Virus record (IMG/VR): IMGVR_UViG_3300031746_000004
Coordinates: 1 to 64,000 of that record
Direction: 5' to 3' (one strand)
Source of the DNA: a virus
Taxonomy: Duplodnaviria > Caudoviricetes
Length of the DNA stretch: 64,000 nucleotides
In this document: positions 48,636 through 58,328 of the stretch, in pieces
Position numbering within the stretch: the stretch's first letter is position 1
Layout: every line of letters starts with the position of its first letter
The notes under the pieces: generated by a model
Told to the model about the DNA's origin: nothing
What the model saw: the letters and a program-made list of their open reading frames with translations, nothing else
The model's database searches: none
Program-made: the position numbers and the translations under genes

Positions 48636-50488
48636 TCGCAGAAGCCCTTTTAGAAATTGCCAAAAAATCTACGACTGAATTTATAGAAGATTCTAAAATT
48701 GATAAAGAAATTAAAGATGCTGCAAAGAAAATTGGGATTGAATTACCATCTCCAGATATTAGTATTTTTAAGACAGTATATGCAGAAATTGATAAAGTTA
48801 ATTTGAATGGTGTAATCCTTCCTCGTAAAGCAGTTGAAGATGGATTAAAAACATTAATTTCTAAACAAGTAAATTTTGAACATGAAGGAGCAGGTCGTGT
48901 ATGTGGATATACAATAGATGCAAAAATTAATGAAGATAAAATAGAAACAATCAATGTTTTTTTTAAATCTCTATTTTTTGACCAATTTGATGAATTAAAA
49001 GAAAAAGTAAAATCTGGAGAAGCTGCGGTATCATTTGAGATTTGGAATAAAGACCCAGAAACAGGAGAGTCGGTAGTTAAAGAATTAAAAAATGGTTTTA
49101 AAGAAATCTCACCAATTATTTTTCATGGTACGGGATTACTATTAATTAATTCACCTGCTTGCCCAAAGGCAAAGGTATTTCATCTTGTTGCGAATAAGGA
49201 AATTCAAGAAGCAGAAAAAATTGTTAATAAAATATTTGATGAGAATTTAATTTATGCTTCTTTTGCTATAACAGATTCAAAATGTAAAAACTGTGGTATT
49301 TGTATATGCGGAAAAGAAGTAAAAGTAATAATAAAACAGATAGAATCTAAAGAATGGATTTGCCCTTATTGTGAAAAAGAAATAGGGGAAAAAGAATTAT
49401 TTTTGGATGAAAAAACCAATAAATGGTATCATCGACCTTGTCAAGAAAAGGGAGAAATAATTCTACCAAAAGAAACTGCAAAAGAAAAGGAGGAACAAAA
49501 AGTGGAATTAGAAAAATTATATGCTAACGTTACAAAAGAAGAAGATATTACTTTCGAAATTGCTATGACATTTTATTATTCTACAGAGGAAGAGCAAAAA
49601 ACATTGACAGAAGATGCTGCAAAATGGACTCGTAAGTTCATTAATAGCTTACCTGATTCAGCATTTGCTGCAATTGAACCTGCTTATCCTGAAAAATTAG
49701 AAGATAAAAATTGTAGACATCTTCCTCATCATAATGGCGAAGGTGATTTAGGGAAAGACAAATCAAATGCGAATTTAGATTTGCCCCATTATAAAAATGC
49801 TTTAGCAAGAGTAAGTCAAATTAAACCAGTTAGTGATTCTATTTCTGCCGAAGATTTAATAAATAAAGCAAGTTCTCATTTAGAAAGGCATAAGGATGTT
49901 TTAGAAAAATCTTCCGAAGAACCTAAGACTGAAGTTAAACCAGACGAAACCAAGCCAGTAGATGCTGGTGCTGAAACGAAACCTGTGGAAACTGAAGTCA
50001 AAAAAGAAATAGCACAACCTTTAGAAGTTATTGAACCAAAAATAGTAGTTAAAGTTACTCGTAGTTATACTGATGTTTCTGTAGACACTTATGTCGATGG
50101 AACTCCATCTGGAACTTCTCAAGGAAAAACTACTTCAAAAATTATAACAGAGTATAAAGATGGAACTCAAGATGTGGTTGAATCAGAATCAGAATATAAA
50201 AGAAAATATGACCTTGCTGAGCTAGAAGAAGCAGTAAATTCTGCCAAAGCCGAAAAGGATACAGAAATTGCTACTTTGAAAGCTGAACAAGATAAAGTTT
50301 TACAAGAAAAAGATAAAGAAATTAATACTATCAAAATAGAACTTGAGCAGAAGTCTCAAGAGATTGAAAAGGCAAAAGTCGAAGACAAAAAGACGGATGA
50401 CCTTACTGTAGGTACTGTTGAAGTAAAAGATAATTATCAAACCAAAAGAGAAGGTATAGATAATAGAGCTTTTGGAAAAAAGAAATAA
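48614..50488 (+). CDS. Prohead protease / scaffold fusion
   Basis: VNLNG, VNFEH, VSFE, GTGLL..PAC protease-like motifs; LPDSAFA..RHLPHH domain; coiled-coil C-terminus. Confidence 0.75.
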   Translation: MQNDKKLIAEALLEIAKKSTTEFIEDSKIDKEIKDAAKKIGIELPSPDISIFKTVYAEIDKVNLNGVILPRKAVEDGLKTLISKQVNFEHEGAGRVCGYTIDAKINEDKIETINVFFKSLFFDQFDELKEKVKSGEAAVSFEIWNKDPETGESVVKELKNGFKEISPIIFHGTGLLLINSPACPKAKVFHLVANKEIQEAEKIVNKIFDENLIYASFAITDSKCKNCGICICGKEVKVIIKQIESKEWICPYCEKEIGEKELFLDEKTNKWYHRPCQEKGEIILPKETAKEKEEQKVELEKLYANVTKEEDITFEIAMTFYYSTEEEQKTLTEDAAKWTRKFINSLPDSAFAAIEPAYPEKLEDKNCRHLPHHNGEGDLGKDKSNANLDLPHYKNALARVSQIKPVSDSISAEDLINKASSHLERHKDVLEKSSEEPKTEVKPDETKPVDAGAETKPVETEVKKEIAQPLEVIEPKIVVKVTRSYTDVSVDTYVDGTPSGTSQGKTTSKIITEYKDGTQDVVESESEYKRKYDLAELEEAVNSAKAEKDTEIATLKAEQDKVLQEKDKEINTIKIELEQKSQEIEKAKVEDKKTDDLTVGTVEVKDNYQTKREGIDNRAFGKKK

Positions 50489-50569
50489 AAAAAGCAAAAG
50501 ACATAAGTCTAGCTTAAAAAGATAGTAACAAAAAACGAAACAATCGATAAAAAAATAGGAGAAATAAAA

Positions 50570-51478
50570 ATGAGTGATAAAAGAGTGGATTTAGAAATAG
50601 CAAGATTAATCGGGCAACCTATTAATCCAAATCTGCCTTCGCCATTGGCGTTGACAGAGGCTTGTAACGTCGAAGCAGCAGCTCCTGGAGAAGAAATTAA
50701 AGCATTTACAGGTGATACTAGTGATATAGATGACATTTATACTGCAGACGCAGATGGTAAATTAACGATTCATAAATGTACTCCAGTTACACCCGCTGCA
50801 GTTACTTGGGTTGGTTTACAGTCATTGTTAGAGTATGTATTAATTAATGATGTACTTCCTAGCGAAGACCAGGGTGCATTAGCAAGAAAGAAAGCTGGAA
50901 TTACTAGAGCTATGGATAAACAAGAAGTAAAATTAGTTTGTGATGCCGCGTTGGGAGTAGTTTCTCAGAGAGTAACAGCAGAAGCTGGTAAAGATGTTCT
51001 TCATCGTATTATACAATTAAAGCAAAAAGTTGGAGTTTATGGTGATAATTTTGTACTTTTAGTTGGCACAGACATTGCAGATGCAATCGATACTTATGAC
51101 ATTGATTATGTTACTACACATGAATATAAAATAGGTATTAAAGATGTATTAGCTAATTTGGGAATTACAGTTATAAAAATAGTTGGCGAAGTTAATGGTG
51201 CAGTAATTTTAGGTGCTAAGAAAGGTATTTTAGTAGCTAGAAATTCTATGTTAGCTGAAGGTAGACCTATTTATTTTCTTAGACGTTCAATTAGTCCTGA
51301 AATTGCAGCTCAGATGGGAATCGAAAGTGGCGTGAGATTAATTTCCGTTGCTCAAGTTCCTACAATTATAGATACTAAGAATACATTAGGTTATGGATGT
51401 TTTGGTTATGAAAGTTTTATGTTAGTTATAACAAACTATAGAGCAATTGCTACTATGGTAGACTTATTAGCTGCATAA
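50570..51478 (+). CDS. Major capsid protein (HK97 fold likely)
   Basis: 302 aa after scaffold; strong RBS; followed by a stable hairpin. Confidence 0.75.
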   Translation: MSDKRVDLEIARLIGQPINPNLPSPLALTEACNVEAAAPGEEIKAFTGDTSDIDDIYTADADGKLTIHKCTPVTPAAVTWVGLQSLLEYVLINDVLPSEDQGALARKKAGITRAMDKQEVKLVCDAALGVVSQRVTAEAGKDVLHRIIQLKQKVGVYGDNFVLLVGTDIADAIDTYDIDYVTTHEYKIGIKDVLANLGITVIKIVGEVNGAVILGAKKGILVARNSMLAEGRPIYFLRRSISPEIAAQMGIESGVRLISVAQVPTIIDTKNTLGYGCFGYESFMLVITNYRAIATMVDLLAA

Positions 51479-51493
51479 TCTTTAGATAAAAAA

Positions 51494-51530
51494 GAGGGGG
51501 ATAGGTAAAACCTTCTCCCTCCCATAAAAT
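51494..51530 (+). terminator. GC-rich hairpin after capsid gene, no U-tract
   Basis: GAGGGGGATAGG-TAAAA-CCTTCTCCCTC then CCATAAAAT. Confidence 0.6.
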
Positions 51531-51544
51531 TACTAAAGAAAAAA

Positions 51545-52036
51545 ATGATTAAGAAATTAAATAAAACTAATATACAAGATATTTATGAATTTGTTTCTAA
51601 AGTTAAAGATAAAGAAGAAGATTTTTATATTACAGAAAATAAACAAAGAAAATTTCTAAAAGAAAATTTTAAGTTAATAGAAAAAATTTTAAAGTATCAA
51701 GAAGTATATGGTAAAATAGAAAAAGATAATATAAAAGCAATTTTTATTATATATAAAGAAAAAGGATTTAGACCTTATTTAAAAATTTTAGGCGAAACTA
51801 CGGAAGATAGTTTAGATTTAATTAAATTTATAAAATGGAATTTTTCAGAATTGGAAGTATATTGTAAATTAAAAAAATATAATCCATTAACACAAAAATT
51901 ACAAAGAGAAGGATTTTTTCCTATAGGAAGTAGAGGAAAAGAGATATTGTTAATTAAAAAAAGTTATAAGACTAATAAAATAGTAGCAAAGGATAAAGGA
52001 GAAGAAGATGGATACAATAATAGAAAAGATTCGTAA
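51545..52036 (+). CDS. Hypothetical protein (GNAT-like fold possible)
   Basis: MIKKL..DI..IYEF start; N....L...GF end; weak. Confidence 0.45.
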   Translation: MIKKLNKTNIQDIYEFVSKVKDKEEDFYITENKQRKFLKENFKLIEKILKYQEVYGKIEKDNIKAIFIIYKEKGFRPYLKILGETTEDSLDLIKFIKWNFSELEVYCKLKKYNPLTQKLQREGFFPIGSRGKEILLIKKSYKTNKIVAKDKGEEDGYNNRKDS

Positions 52037-52613
52037 TCTCATTGAAGATATATTAATAACTACTGGAAGAGATGTGTTTCAATACGAATCTATAACTTCA
52101 TCAAAGATTTTTACATTAACAGAAAGTAATATCTCTGTTTCTACAATAATAGTTTATAAAAATGGAATAGTTTGGGCAGGAACTAATTATTCTTATTCAA
52201 CCACTACAGGAAAATTAACAGTAACGGGTACTTTAGTGGTAGGAGATTCATTAGAGATTATTTACTCATATTATGCTAAATATTCGGATAACGAATTAAG
52301 AGGATGGATTAGAGCAACATTATCTTATATTTCTGTAGAAAAATATAGAACATTTGTAGCAAAAAGTGATAATATAATTTTTCCTACTCCATCTGAACCT
52401 GAATCTAATTTAATAGCAGTTATTGCTGCAATTTTAATAAAAGGAGATATAAGACAATATCGTACACCTGAAATAACTATTAATTTTGAACCTTCGGAAT
52501 CTAAAGAAAAAAAGATTAGAAGAGCAGTTAGACAATTTAAAACTAGTTATGGAATTTTAGATTATGTTCAAATGGATAAAAAAATAGTAGAAGTAGTTGA
52601 CCAAGATATTTAA
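52008..52613 (+). CDS. Putative head-tail adaptor
   Basis: Position; IRNLIED...YSDNEL pattern with inserted beta domain. Confidence 0.6.
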   Translation: MDTIIEKIRNLIEDILITTGRDVFQYESITSSKIFTLTESNISVSTIIVYKNGIVWAGTNYSYSTTTGKLTVTGTLVVGDSLEIIYSYYAKYSDNELRGWIRATLSYISVEKYRTFVAKSDNIIFPTPSEPESNLIAVIAAILIKGDIRQYRTPEITINFEPSESKEKKIRRAVRQFKTSYGILDYVQMDKKIVEVVDQDI

Positions 52614-52628
52614 TTAAGAAGGATTGCA

Positions 52629-53006
52629 ATGAATAAAAGAATAAATTTATTTGGTATTTTAAAAAATGAAAACAAACTCTCTACTTTACTAGTCTATTCT
52701 GCTCAGGAAGTAACATTAGACCCGTACGAACGAAACACAGAAAAGAAATTTAACAATCCTTTACCAATTAAAGCATTGGTAAGGCAAATTTCTCAAGAAT
52801 CTTTACGTTGGAAGTATTATGGTATGATTCCTTCAAAATCGATTGAGGTCATAGCAGAATTAAAATATGAAACTTTATTTAAAACAGCAGATAAAATTAA
52901 ATATAATGAAGAATATTATAAATGTTGGAAAGATGATAGTCAAAATTTTATGATAACTAAAAGAAATGATTACATTTTAGTTATATTAGGAATAAAAAAT
53001 GATTAG
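52629..53006 (+). CDS. Putative head closure protein
   Basis: Size and synteny. Confidence 0.55.
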   Translation: MNKRINLFGILKNENKLSTLLVYSAQEVTLDPYERNTEKKFNNPLPIKALVRQISQESLRWKYYGMIPSKSIEVIAELKYETLFKTADKIKYNEEYYKCWKDDSQNFMITKRNDYILVILGIKND

Positions 53007-53664
53007 AATAAGTGTAGATTGGAAGGGAGAAAAAGGGTTAGATAATTTAATACGATATATAGAAAATAATACTCTATATTTTGAAGCACAAGAAGGAATT
53101 AGAGTTTTGGGTCATCATACTGCCGATAAAATGAGACAAGTTATCAATTCCGAAAGAAAAAGACCAGATAAAGGAACTCATAGATTAGAAAATTCTATTA
53201 CCGCAGAAACTATATCTACTACAGGTGGAGTAGAAATAGGAATAGGTAGAATTTCTAAAATGACTGAAGAAGCACCTTATTGGGAAGTTTTAGATAGGGG
53301 CGGATATGTTCCAAATTATGGTAATTTAGTTCCTTTAGGAGCTTTTATTCCTGGAGAACCCATACCCAATCCAAAAAATTTTAGACAAGGAAATTGGGAA
53401 GTAGGAGAAGGAAAATATACTTTTAGAGCAACCAGACCAATCGAAGGAATTGATTATGTAGGAAAATCGATTCGCCATTTAGATTCTGAACTAAAAGAAA
53501 TGATAACTAAATTAGGTGGAAGTTGGTTAGAAGGAATGGAAAAAATTTCTGTAACTTTTGTAGGTATTCAGCAAGGTTATGGAAATATACCTAATGTTAC
53601 TTTAGTTAATTTACCTAATAAATCAACTGTAGCATTTGACCCTACAAAACATAAGATAGTTTAA
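52999..53664 (+). CDS. Putative neck / tail completion protein (HK97 gp10-like)
   Basis: T..LENSI, APYWEVLDRG motifs; synteny. Confidence 0.6.
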   Translation: MIRISVDWKGEKGLDNLIRYIENNTLYFEAQEGIRVLGHHTADKMRQVINSERKRPDKGTHRLENSITAETISTTGGVEIGIGRISKMTEEAPYWEVLDRGGYVPNYGNLVPLGAFIPGEPIPNPKNFRQGNWEVGEGKYTFRATRPIEGIDYVGKSIRHLDSELKEMITKLGGSWLEGMEKISVTFVGIQQGYGNIPNVTLVNLPNKSTVAFDPTKHKIV

Positions 53665-53677
53665 TGGAGAAATAATA

Positions 53678-54148
53678 ATGGCTACTTACAGGCAAATTCG
53701 TAATTGCGAGGCTAGCTTAATCGATTGGCTTACAGAAAAACTTGAAGATGGTGGCTGGGTCGGAATCAGAGTAGAAAAATCTTTTGCCGAAATTTATAAA
53801 GGAACTTTACCAGCTATTTGTATTAATTTAATTGAAACAAGACTTGAGAAGTTAGAGATTGGGTCGAAAACTAATCTAAAATATTATACTATAACTATTC
53901 GCATCTTCGGAACCTCAGATGGAATTCGTTGTGATTTAGCAAGTTTTTTGACAGATTTATTAGAGGATGATATAAATTATTATTCTTATGTTATTACCAA
54001 TGGAGAAGTTGCTTCTAAAGATTTAACAGGAAAAATAGTTATAAGAACAATTACAAGAATGGAAAAAGAATTAACCAATACTGAAGGATTAGCTAAAGAA
54101 GATAAATATAGACATCTTATTGAATTTATTTGTTTTGTAGCTAAATAG
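53678..54148 (+). CDS. Putative tail terminator
   Basis: LPAICI pattern; immediately before major tail gene. Confidence 0.6.
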   Translation: MATYRQIRNCEASLIDWLTEKLEDGGWVGIRVEKSFAEIYKGTLPAICINLIETRLEKLEIGSKTNLKYYTITIRIFGTSDGIRCDLASFLTDLLEDDINYYSYVITNGEVASKDLTGKIVIRTITRMEKELTNTEGLAKEDKYRHLIEFICFVAK

Positions 54149-54157
54149 GAGAATAAT

Positions 54158-54361
54158 ATGAATTGGTTAGCTAATTTAGGAATAGGATTTTCTATTATTA
54201 CAGCTATTATTAACGTTTCAGTTTTAATAGCAATGAAATTTAACGACTTACATCACGTTCAAAAAGATTTAGATGAAATAAAAGAAGATTTAAAATGTTT
54301 TAGAGATAAATTTATAAAATTAGATGAAAGAGTTGCTCATATTGAAGGAAAATTAGAATAA
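54158..54361 (+). CDS. Small TM plus coiled-coil protein
   Basis: One TM helix; ERVAHIEG end. Confidence 0.6.
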   Translation: MNWLANLGIGFSIITAIINVSVLIAMKFNDLHHVQKDLDEIKEDLKCFRDKFIKLDERVAHIEGKLE

Positions 54362-54479
54362 ATTAAAATAAAAAGATAAGTTTTTGTGAGGAAAATAGTA
54401 ATAGTAAGTTGAGTAACAAATTCTGTAAAGAAGACAGAATGAAACCAAATCATTAACAAATCAAAGGAGGATTTAAAAG

Positions 54480-55700
54480 ATGATACCTAGTAAATTTTGC
54501 AAGCCGAGAATTTTTCCAGCAAACTCAGCAAGAGTCCCTGAGCAGTGTGACAGAATACAGGATATAGGCATGGACTTGACTTTAAACAGAGAAAAACAGC
54601 ATGAAATCGGTAGAGTTGGTATTTTAGCTTATAAGGAAGGAACTCCAGCATTAGCTTATTCAATGAGACAATTTGAATTTGGTGATATGGCTCTTTGGTA
54701 TGCCATGGCTAATAAAGCAGGAACTCCTAATTATGTTAGTTTAGATGATTTCAAAACCAATACTTTTGACATTGCTGCATTTTTAACAGATGATAACGAT
54801 ACATTTAGAGGAACAATAGTTCTTCCTAAATTAAGAGTTAATGGATTTTCTATTAATATCGGAGACCCAGATGCTATAGTTGAAAGAAATTTTGATTTAG
54901 TTGGCGAAGATAAAAAATTATTAGACGAAAAATATTATGCTTATGATTCGTTAGCAGTAATAGATGCAGACCCAATACAAACATTAACATTAGACCCAAT
55001 AGCTGTAGAATATGCAACTGGAAAATTTGTTTCTAAAGTTTTAAGAGTAAGAGCAGGTGCAGTTAGTGAATTGGAAGAAGATGCTACTTCTACCTATGAC
55101 GCAAATACTTGGAGATACTCTGCAGGTGCTGTAATTGTTCAAACATGCGAAAATGGTGATTTAATAAAAGTTTATTATGTTTCTTCAACTGCTTATGATA
55201 CACTTTGGACAGACCATAATGAACCAAGTTATTCTAACTTTTTATTGGCAGATTCTTGTACAATTCTTATGAAAGTAGGTGTTGGAGATGCTGCAAAAAT
55301 TTACCGTTTACAATCTGTAGGAACGGATATTGCTTTTGAAAGAGCTGATTATAAAGAAATAGGTAATAGTGAAATAGTTCTTCGTGGTTCTAAAACAGAA
55401 ACTGTAACAATCGCATTAAATAAATTTGCTGAAGATTTAACTCTTGAAAGAATCTTAGCAGGCGGTGGTACAGATGTTTTAATCGACCCTAGAGATTTTG
55501 TTGACACTATTCAACTTAGAATAGAAGTCTATGAGGATAAAACAAAAGAAACATTTAAAATTGGTTATTTAATGACAGGACTTACCCCCACTACATTAGG
55601 TACAACTCAGGCGGTAGAAGATTATCAAGTAAGAACAACTAATTTGGAAGGGGCTAACTGTAAAATATCTCATCTTATTGCACAATTAGCCTGGTTATAA
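54480..55700 (+). CDS. Major tail (tube) protein
   Basis: 406 aa beta-rich; two EIG-containing halves; GGAGG RBS; followed by hairpin. Confidence 0.7.
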   Translation: MIPSKFCKPRIFPANSARVPEQCDRIQDIGMDLTLNREKQHEIGRVGILAYKEGTPALAYSMRQFEFGDMALWYAMANKAGTPNYVSLDDFKTNTFDIAAFLTDDNDTFRGTIVLPKLRVNGFSINIGDPDAIVERNFDLVGEDKKLLDEKYYAYDSLAVIDADPIQTLTLDPIAVEYATGKFVSKVLRVRAGAVSELEEDATSTYDANTWRYSAGAVIVQTCENGDLIKVYYVSSTAYDTLWTDHNEPSYSNFLLADSCTILMKVGVGDAAKIYRLQSVGTDIAFERADYKEIGNSEIVLRGSKTETVTIALNKFAEDLTLERILAGGGTDVLIDPRDFVDTIQLRIEVYEDKTKETFKIGYLMTGLTPTTLGTTQAVEDYQVRTTNLEGANCKISHLIAQLAWL

Positions 55701-55722
55701 AATAATAATTGAAATGAAATAC

Positions 55723-55765
55723 GAAGGAGAGAATCTCTTTCTTGAGAAACTCTCCTTCCCAAAAT
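55723..55765 (+). terminator. Hairpin after major tail gene, no U-tract
   Basis: GAAGGAGAG...CTCTCCTTC then CCAAAAT. Confidence 0.6.
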
Positions 55766-55900
55766 TGTAATAAATGTAAGGTAAGGAAAATGAATAAAAA
55801 AGAAAGTAAAAATAATTCAATTATAATACACGCAGAGAGGAAACTAACGCCTATCGTATATGAAAGGTCTGTTTCCTCTTTTTTGCTTTATGGAGAATAG

Positions 55901-56629
55901 ATGCAATTTAAATTTTGCTCAGAATGTAAAACGAGAAAATCTATAAATCAATTTCATAAATGTATTAGAGATGGAATATCTAGTTGGTGTAAAGAATGTT
56001 ATAAAGAATATTATATATTGCATAAAGAAGAAATAAAGAAATATAAAGTGAAACATTATCAAATTCATAAAGAAGAAATTAGAGAAAAACACAAAGAATA
56101 TCAAAGGATTCATATAAAAGAAATTAAACAAAAGCACCACGACTATTGGTTAATAAACAAAAAACAATTAAGACAAAAACAAATAAATTACAACATAACT
56201 AATCGAGATAAAATTAAGCAGTATCAACATAATTGGTATATAAAACATAAAGAAAAAATAATAAAACGACAAATCGATAATGAGAAAAGCAAATATAAAA
56301 CAGATATTTGCTTTAGAATTTTAAAAAATTTAAGAGTCCGAATAAGATTGGCATTAAAAGGCAATCTCAAATCCGAAATTACTATGAAGTTATTGGGTTG
56401 TAGTATTAAATTTTTTAGAAATTATTATGAATCTAAATTTACCAAAGGTATGTCTTGGACAAAAGTAATGAATGGAGAAATCCACTGCGACCATATCAAA
56501 CCCTGTGCTTCGTTTGATTTATCTAAACCAAGCGAGCAAAAGAAATGTTTTAATTACACTAATCTTCAACCTCTATGGGCAATTGATAATTTAAGAAAAA
56601 ATAAGAAGGAATTTATATGCAGCCAATAA
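55901..56629 (+). CDS. HNH-type endonuclease (DHIxP...NLQPLW family)
   Basis: HCDHIKPCASFDL...CFNYTNLQPLWA..N. Confidence 0.85.
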   Translation: MQFKFCSECKTRKSINQFHKCIRDGISSWCKECYKEYYILHKEEIKKYKVKHYQIHKEEIREKHKEYQRIHIKEIKQKHHDYWLINKKQLRQKQINYNITNRDKIKQYQHNWYIKHKEKIIKRQIDNEKSKYKTDICFRILKNLRVRIRLALKGNLKSEITMKLLGCSIKFFRNYYESKFTKGMSWTKVMNGEIHCDHIKPCASFDLSKPSEQKKCFNYTNLQPLWAIDNLRKNKKEFICSQ

Positions 56630-56850
56630 GTTTATTAACGAAGGGTTTAATTTCTCAAAAAGGAGAAATAATAAATAATTATTTCTTCCCATTTCAAATT
56701 TCTATAGATTATGGTTCTAAAATAATTGAAGTATTATTAGAAGATGTTAATTTATTAGTAGAAATAGAACAAGAAGCAGTAATAGTCGAAGCAGGACAAG
56801 AAGATTTAACAGTAGAAATTGAAACTATAAATGTAGAAGTAACTATTTAA
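56617..56850 (+). CDS. Small acidic virion-associated protein
   Basis: SLLTKGLI start; VEIE-type repeats. Confidence 0.55.
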   Translation: MQPISLLTKGLISQKGEIINNYFFPFQISIDYGSKIIEVLLEDVNLLVEIEQEAVIVEAGQEDLTVEIETINVEVTI

Positions 56851-56862
56851 TAAGGAGAAAAA

Positions 56863-57189
56863 ATGAACGACATTACCCTAAAAATTAAGGAACAAAAAGT
56901 AATTGCATTTACTTTTAAAGATGCTTCTGGCACTATTATTCCATTAACAGGTTGTACATTTGCTCTTACAATGGAAAATTCAGAAGGTACTGATGTTATT
57001 ACAAAAGTGGATGTAGATTTTGATAAAACACAAATTGCAGCAGGGGTAGTAAAATGCACATTTACAGTAGCAAACTTAACACTTCCTGCTGGAGTTTATT
57101 TATTGGAATTAAAGACCATTTTTACAACGGGAGAGGTGGATAAATCGACTTCATTCCAAGTTAATGTAATTTCCGCCATTACTGATTAA
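56863..57189 (+). CDS. BppU-like Ig-fold virion protein
   Basis: IPLTGCTF...G.V...T..N...AGVYLLE; resembles 37213..37605. Confidence 0.65.
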   Translation: MNDITLKIKEQKVIAFTFKDASGTIIPLTGCTFALTMENSEGTDVITKVDVDFDKTQIAAGVVKCTFTVANLTLPAGVYLLELKTIFTTGEVDKSTSFQVNVISAITD

Positions 57190-57202
57190 TAGGAATAAAA
57201 TC

Positions 57203-57949
57203 ATGAAAAAAATATGCTCTATTTGTAAAGAAGAATTTATACCAAATTCAAATTCGCAAATACATTGCAAATTATGTAAAAAAATTTTTTATTTAAAATA
57301 TCAAAAAGAATATCATAAAAAACATAAATTAGCTCCAAAAATTAAAATTTGTGTAATATGTGGTAAAGAATTTATAAAAAATAGCAATCAAATATGTTGC
57401 TCCGAAGAATGTTCTCAAGAACTGAGGAAACAATATGCAAGACAATATAGAAAAGAATATTATAAAACCCATAAAGTAGAATTAAATAATAAAAAGTCAA
57501 TTTGGAATAAACAATATAGGGAACAAAATAAAGAAAAAGTTGCAATATATATGAAGAATTATTATCTTAAAAATAAGGAAGAAATAAGCAAATATAAAAC
57601 AGAATATCAGAGAAATAGATGTAGAAATGATGTTAGTTATAGATTAAAAAAGAATTTAAGAAAAAGAGTTTGGGATGCTCTAAAAGAAAATGCAAAATCT
57701 GAGATAACTATGAAATTAATAGGTTGTAGTATAAATTTTTTAAAACAGCATTTAGAATCTCAATTTAAAAATGGAATGTTTTGGAATAATTATGGTAAAC
57801 AAGGATGGGAAGTAGACCACATAATTCCTTGTGCTAGATTCGATTTAACTAAACCCGAAGAACAAGGTAAATGTTTTCATTACACAAATTTACAACCCTT
57901 ATGGGCAGACGAAAATTCAAGTAAAAGAGATACATTAATTACAGTATAA
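57203..57949 (+). CDS. HNH-type endonuclease (DHIxP...NLQPLW family)
   Basis: WEVDHIIPCARFDL...CFHYTNLQPLWADEN. Confidence 0.85.
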   Translation: MKKICSICKEEFIPNSNSQIHCKLCKKIFYLKYQKEYHKKHKLAPKIKICVICGKEFIKNSNQICCSEECSQELRKQYARQYRKEYYKTHKVELNNKKSIWNKQYREQNKEKVAIYMKNYYLKNKEEISKYKTEYQRNRCRNDVSYRLKKNLRKRVWDALKENAKSEITMKLIGCSINFLKQHLESQFKNGMFWNNYGKQGWEVDHIIPCARFDLTKPEEQGKCFHYTNLQPLWADENSSKRDTLITV

Positions 57950-57962
57950 AGAGGAATAAAAA

Positions 57963-58313
57963 ATGTTATTTGCAAATAAAAAATCTCTAAAAGGTGGAGG
58001 AGCAATTTTATCAATAAATGCTCAAATAGGTACAACTTATCAACTAGTAATTACAGATGCAGGAAAATTAATTATATTAACTAATGCTTTACCAATTGCA
58101 GTAACGATTCCTACCAATGCAGTTGTACCATTTTTAATAGGAACACAGATACAATTAATTCAAGGTGGTGCAGGTAAAGTTACTTTCTCAGGCGTAGGAG
58201 TTACAATTAAATCAAAATCAAGTAATAAATCAATAGGTGCACAGAATGTTACTGTCGCTTTAATTCAGGAATCAATAGATGTATGGAATTTAATTGGCGA
58301 CTTAATTGCTTAA
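57963..58313 (+). CDS. Tail-fibre C-terminal-type domain as a stand-alone protein
   Basis: NAQIGTTY.L..TDAGK...TIP.NA.VPF.IGT...W.LIGDL. Confidence 0.75.
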   Translation: MLFANKKSLKGGGAILSINAQIGTTYQLVITDAGKLIILTNALPIAVTIPTNAVVPFLIGTQIQLIQGGAGKVTFSGVGVTIKSKSSNKSIGAQNVTVALIQESIDVWNLIGDLIA

Positions 58314-58328
58314 AAATAAGGGGAATAA

